Part shown: piece by piece, positions 60,758 through 64,000 of the stretch
Layout of the letters: each line of letters begins with the position of its first letter
How positions within the stretch are numbered: the stretch's first letter is position 1
Source: Arcobacteraceae bacterium
Lineage (GTDB): Bacteria; Campylobacterota; Campylobacteria; Campylobacterales; Arcobacteraceae
Direction of reading: 5' to 3'
DNA length: 64,000 bases
Assembly (NCBI GenBank): GCA_965224485.1
Contig: CBDCZH010000015.1
Location: 534,413-598,412 of the forward strand
Translations under genes and position numbers: made by a program
The notes under the pieces: generated by a model
Database searches by the model: none
What the model saw: only the letters and a program-made list of their open reading frames with translations
What the model was told of the DNA's origin: nothing

Positions 60758-62713
60758 TTATTTTAACGCTATTTCTAGCTCTTTTTTTAAGTTTTTTATT
60801 GCTTCTGCCATTGAATTTTTCATTTTATTATCAGATATATTGATATTTTCTAAAATATCAAGATTTTCTAACTTGTCAGAAAAAAGTTTAGCAACAACTT
60901 TTGATTTTTTAGATCTATTATACATATAAACACCAGAAGCTATTAAAACAGCCACTAATTTAACATGTCCTAATATTGCAGCATAATTTAAAATAGTAAA
61001 ACCCAGCAGCATCAACTATATTCATATCTGCACCCGCTGCGATTAGAAGTTTTGCTATTTTTATAATTACCTTTCCATTGAGTATGGTGTAAAGCAGTTC
61101 TACCTTGCTTATCTTTTATATCCAAGTCTACTTTTTTAGTAAGCAATTTTTCAATAACTTCAATATCATCTGCAATTACAGTTTTATGAAAAACTGTTTT
61201 ACCATCTTTATCAGTAATATTTAAATCTATTCTAAACTTTAGTAAAAAAAACAATTCTTTCTAAAAATTGCTCCCTATCTTTTGGTGTTTTACGGCTTAA
61301 TCCATCATCTATTAATCTAGAAATTGGAGTATTACCTTCATTATCAGATATATTAGCATCTGCCCCATTATTTATAAGAAGTTTTATTAATTCTAAATTT
61401 GCATATATTACAGTATCAAAAAGAACAGTTTCCCCATTTTTTTTAGGAATTATTTAATTTTGGTTTTAAAATAAGTAATCTTTTTAATAAACCAAAATAA
61501 TCTTCACCTTCAACAAGAGCTAAGAATCTTTTAAAATCATTCTTTTTATACTGGCCCTTGAACAAGTATTATTTCTATTAAATCACCTATAATAGTATTT
61601 TCTAAGATATCTTTGTGTTCTATATCAATGTCTTTTTCAATTAAAAATTCAATCATTTTTAAATTAGACTAAACACTTTCTTAAACAAGCATCATGAAAA
61701 ACAGTACGTCCTTTATTATCTGCTGTATTTACATCTGGCCCCAGAAGAGATTAGGAAGTCAATGATTTCGTAATTTTCTCTTTGAACTTCTCTATATAAA
61801 ACAGTTTTACCATCTTTATCTTTTCTATTAACAGCTAATCTATGTTCAATCAAAAAAGTTGTTAATTTTAAATAATCTCGTTTTTCATTTACAAACTTAT
61901 ATTTATTCTCATATCTTTTATTAGACTCTTTTGAAATAACTAAAAGATTTAATATCTCATCTAATAAACTTCTATCTTTCGCATCTTTAATATTTAAATT
62001 AATACCTTTTTTTATAAGAAGTTCTATGATTTCAATATTTTGAGCTCCTAAAACAAGGGTATTGAATAAAACATTTTCACTAGCATCATCACAAAATATT
62101 AAAATCAATGCCTTTATCTATTAAAAACTTAGCAATTCTATCATTCTCTTTTAATACAGCAGAAAACAGAGCATTTTGTCCATTAGAATCTAGCATATTT
62201 ATATCTTTTAATTTTTTTAAGTACTTCATTTACAATATTTAAATTTCCACCCTCAACTGCATCAAATAAAACACTTTGTCCAAAATTATCTACATTTGTA
62301 AGATCTGGTTTATAAGTCATTAAAACTTTAAAATATTTTACTATTAGATTCAATAGCAGTATCTTGAATGATTGTTCTACCCGATGAGTTGATATAATTA
62401 ATATCAACTCCATTTGTTAGTAAAAAATTTATCAATCTTGGGTCTGATTTAGCTTCATTTAATACAGTTTTTTCCGTAATCATCTTCAACTTTTAAATCT
62501 GCACCAATTTTTTATAAGTAACTTAATAGATTCTAATCTTTTTTTATTCACTAACTCAAAAATTATAGTTTTACCTTTTGAGTCTCTTTCATTTATATCA
62601 AACTTGCCACTATCAAGTAGTTTTTGAACTTTACTTTCATTTAAATTATCTTTTAATAACTCTTTTTTTAAGATAATTTTTTCATCAGTTTCAAACATAC
62701 CTAACATTGACAT
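60758..62713 (-). CDS. Large ankyrin-repeat protein (about 650 aa) broken by multiple frameshifts
   Basis: Fragments 62486-62713, 62183-62413, 61716-62108, 61012-61254 and 60758-61015 all carry ankyrin-like units (D..GKT.LF/H.A...LI..G.D.N). Confidence 0.8.
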
Positions 62714-62767
62714 ACACCTTTTTATAATTTATTATTCTAAATATTATAGCTAAATTATTTTTAATGT

Positions 62768-64000
62768 CTACGTCTGGATCCTGAAGCGTTGGGAGTGAGG
62801 ATTTCTTTTATTATTCTCCCTATCTCCTTTGTATTTATTATTATTATTAAACTTTCTTACTTCTTGGGATAATTTAACATTACTTTTTAAAGAATTTTCA
62901 ATAAAAGAGTTTAATTTAGCCCTTGCCATTGAAGCTTTTATACTATCTGGAAAAAGCTCTGGTACTTTATATGATACCCATAAATATAATGATATTTTTT
63001 TAATTTCATTCTTCAACTAAAAGTAAATCTTTTTGTGTTTTTTGCTTTTTGTGGCAAAGTTATAGAAGGTTTATATCTTACAACTCTTTTTTTAATGATA
63101 GCTGCTATATAAGCTTCATATGCTTGCAATATAATTTGAGATTTTTTTGTAATTGGAGCTTGAGAAAGCATATATTTATCTTCAAGTTTTAGATTTATTT
63201 TTTCATCAACAATAGCAGCAGCTTCTAGCATAGAAGAAATATTAGCAGCTATAAAAGGACCAGTAAAATTCATATTTTTTGCAAAATAGTTTAATACTTT
63301 TTTTAAAGAATTTGTTTGTAAATGTGAAGATAAAGATTCAAGTTGCGCGTTATTAATTTTAACTTTAAAAGGAGGTTTAATTGTTTTAATTGGTTTATCA
63401 TACTCATTTGTAATATATTCTAAAGTATCTTTATATGTAGCCCCTAAATAACCTATTTCATGAAAGCCATACCTTCCAGCACGACCTGCAATTTGAACAA
63501 TTTCATTTACACTTAACCCTCGTCTTGATACTCCATCAACTTTGTATGAGAGGTAAATAAAAATAGTTTTAATTGGAAGATTAAGTCCCATAGCAATAGC
63601 GTCTGTTGCTATTAGAAATATCACTTTGCCCTTCTCTAAATCGTTTTGCTTCTTCACGTCTTACTTCAGGGGATAGATTTCATAAATTACAGAAACTTTA
63701 TGCTTTTTTTGAAGTTTTTGCTTAAGTTTTAGAACATCAGCTCTTGAAAAAGCTATTAAAGCAGTTCCAGCTTGTAAGTTTCCTAAAGCAGTATGATTTT
63801 TAAGTATTTCAAACTTTGTTTTACGCTTAAACTTTACAATTTCTAATTCTTCATCTAAATAAAGTGCTATTTTTTTTATAGCTTCTAAAGCATTAACAGA
63901 ACCTGTCATAATAATTTATTAGCAGGACAACCTATAATAGCATTTACCCAAGCCCAACCTCTATCAGTATCAGCTATCATTTGAACTTCATCAATAACAG
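62768..64000 (-). CDS. SUV3-like SF2 helicase (5' partial, frameshifted)
   Basis: VIDEVQM...DRGWAW, IAFSR, ATDAIAMGLNLPI, QIAGRAGRYG, LYLW.SY..P..FPD across several frames. Confidence 0.85.

Noticed and set aside
2809..63020. Short overlapping or antisense ORFs in the track (e.g. 2809, 3221, 9778, 14285, 21147, 21853, 22505, 23201, 32914, 40088, 41015, 41498, 43847, 48700, 50147, 57734, 58284, 62829)
   Set aside because: Shadows of well-supported genes, with no recognisable motifs

Overview
AT-rich bacterial chromosome segment, most likely Campylobacterota / Arcobacteraceae. This is inferred from the htrA-cprR-cprS and truA-lptF-prepilin peptidase-uppS-coaBC-glmU gene orders, the short HrcA and the AAGGA ribosome-binding sites. 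Bases 1-18.6 kb are the distal half of a type VI secretion locus: clpV, an uncalled 44-aa lipoprotein, fha, tssJ, tssK, tssL, tssM, pppA, ppkA, hcp, a vgrG with a C-terminal extension, a Sel1-repeat lipoprotein and a large Tle1/DUF2235 lipase effector. Its order resembles Pseudomonas H2-T6SS minus the sigma54 activator. Next come mscS, tRNA-Cys/Ser/Leu, ilvD, htrA-cprRS, dsbD/thioredoxin, psd, mltA and hrcA-grpE-dnaK (two CIRCE and one HAIR-like operator). An amino-acid catabolism block follows (ltaE, XRE-cupin regulator, ald, lysE, sdaA, aapJQMP), then an MFS, a TAXI-TRAP transporter, a two-component pair and core cell-envelope genes. Four intergenic regions between 31.6 and 41 kb hold 7- or 8-mer tandem arrays (inverted in three of them) next to short perfect hairpins. 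Two genes appear to use ATT/ATA starts and two look leaderless. Frameshifts pile up after 60.4 kb, including in essential glmU, which points to sequencing error near that end.
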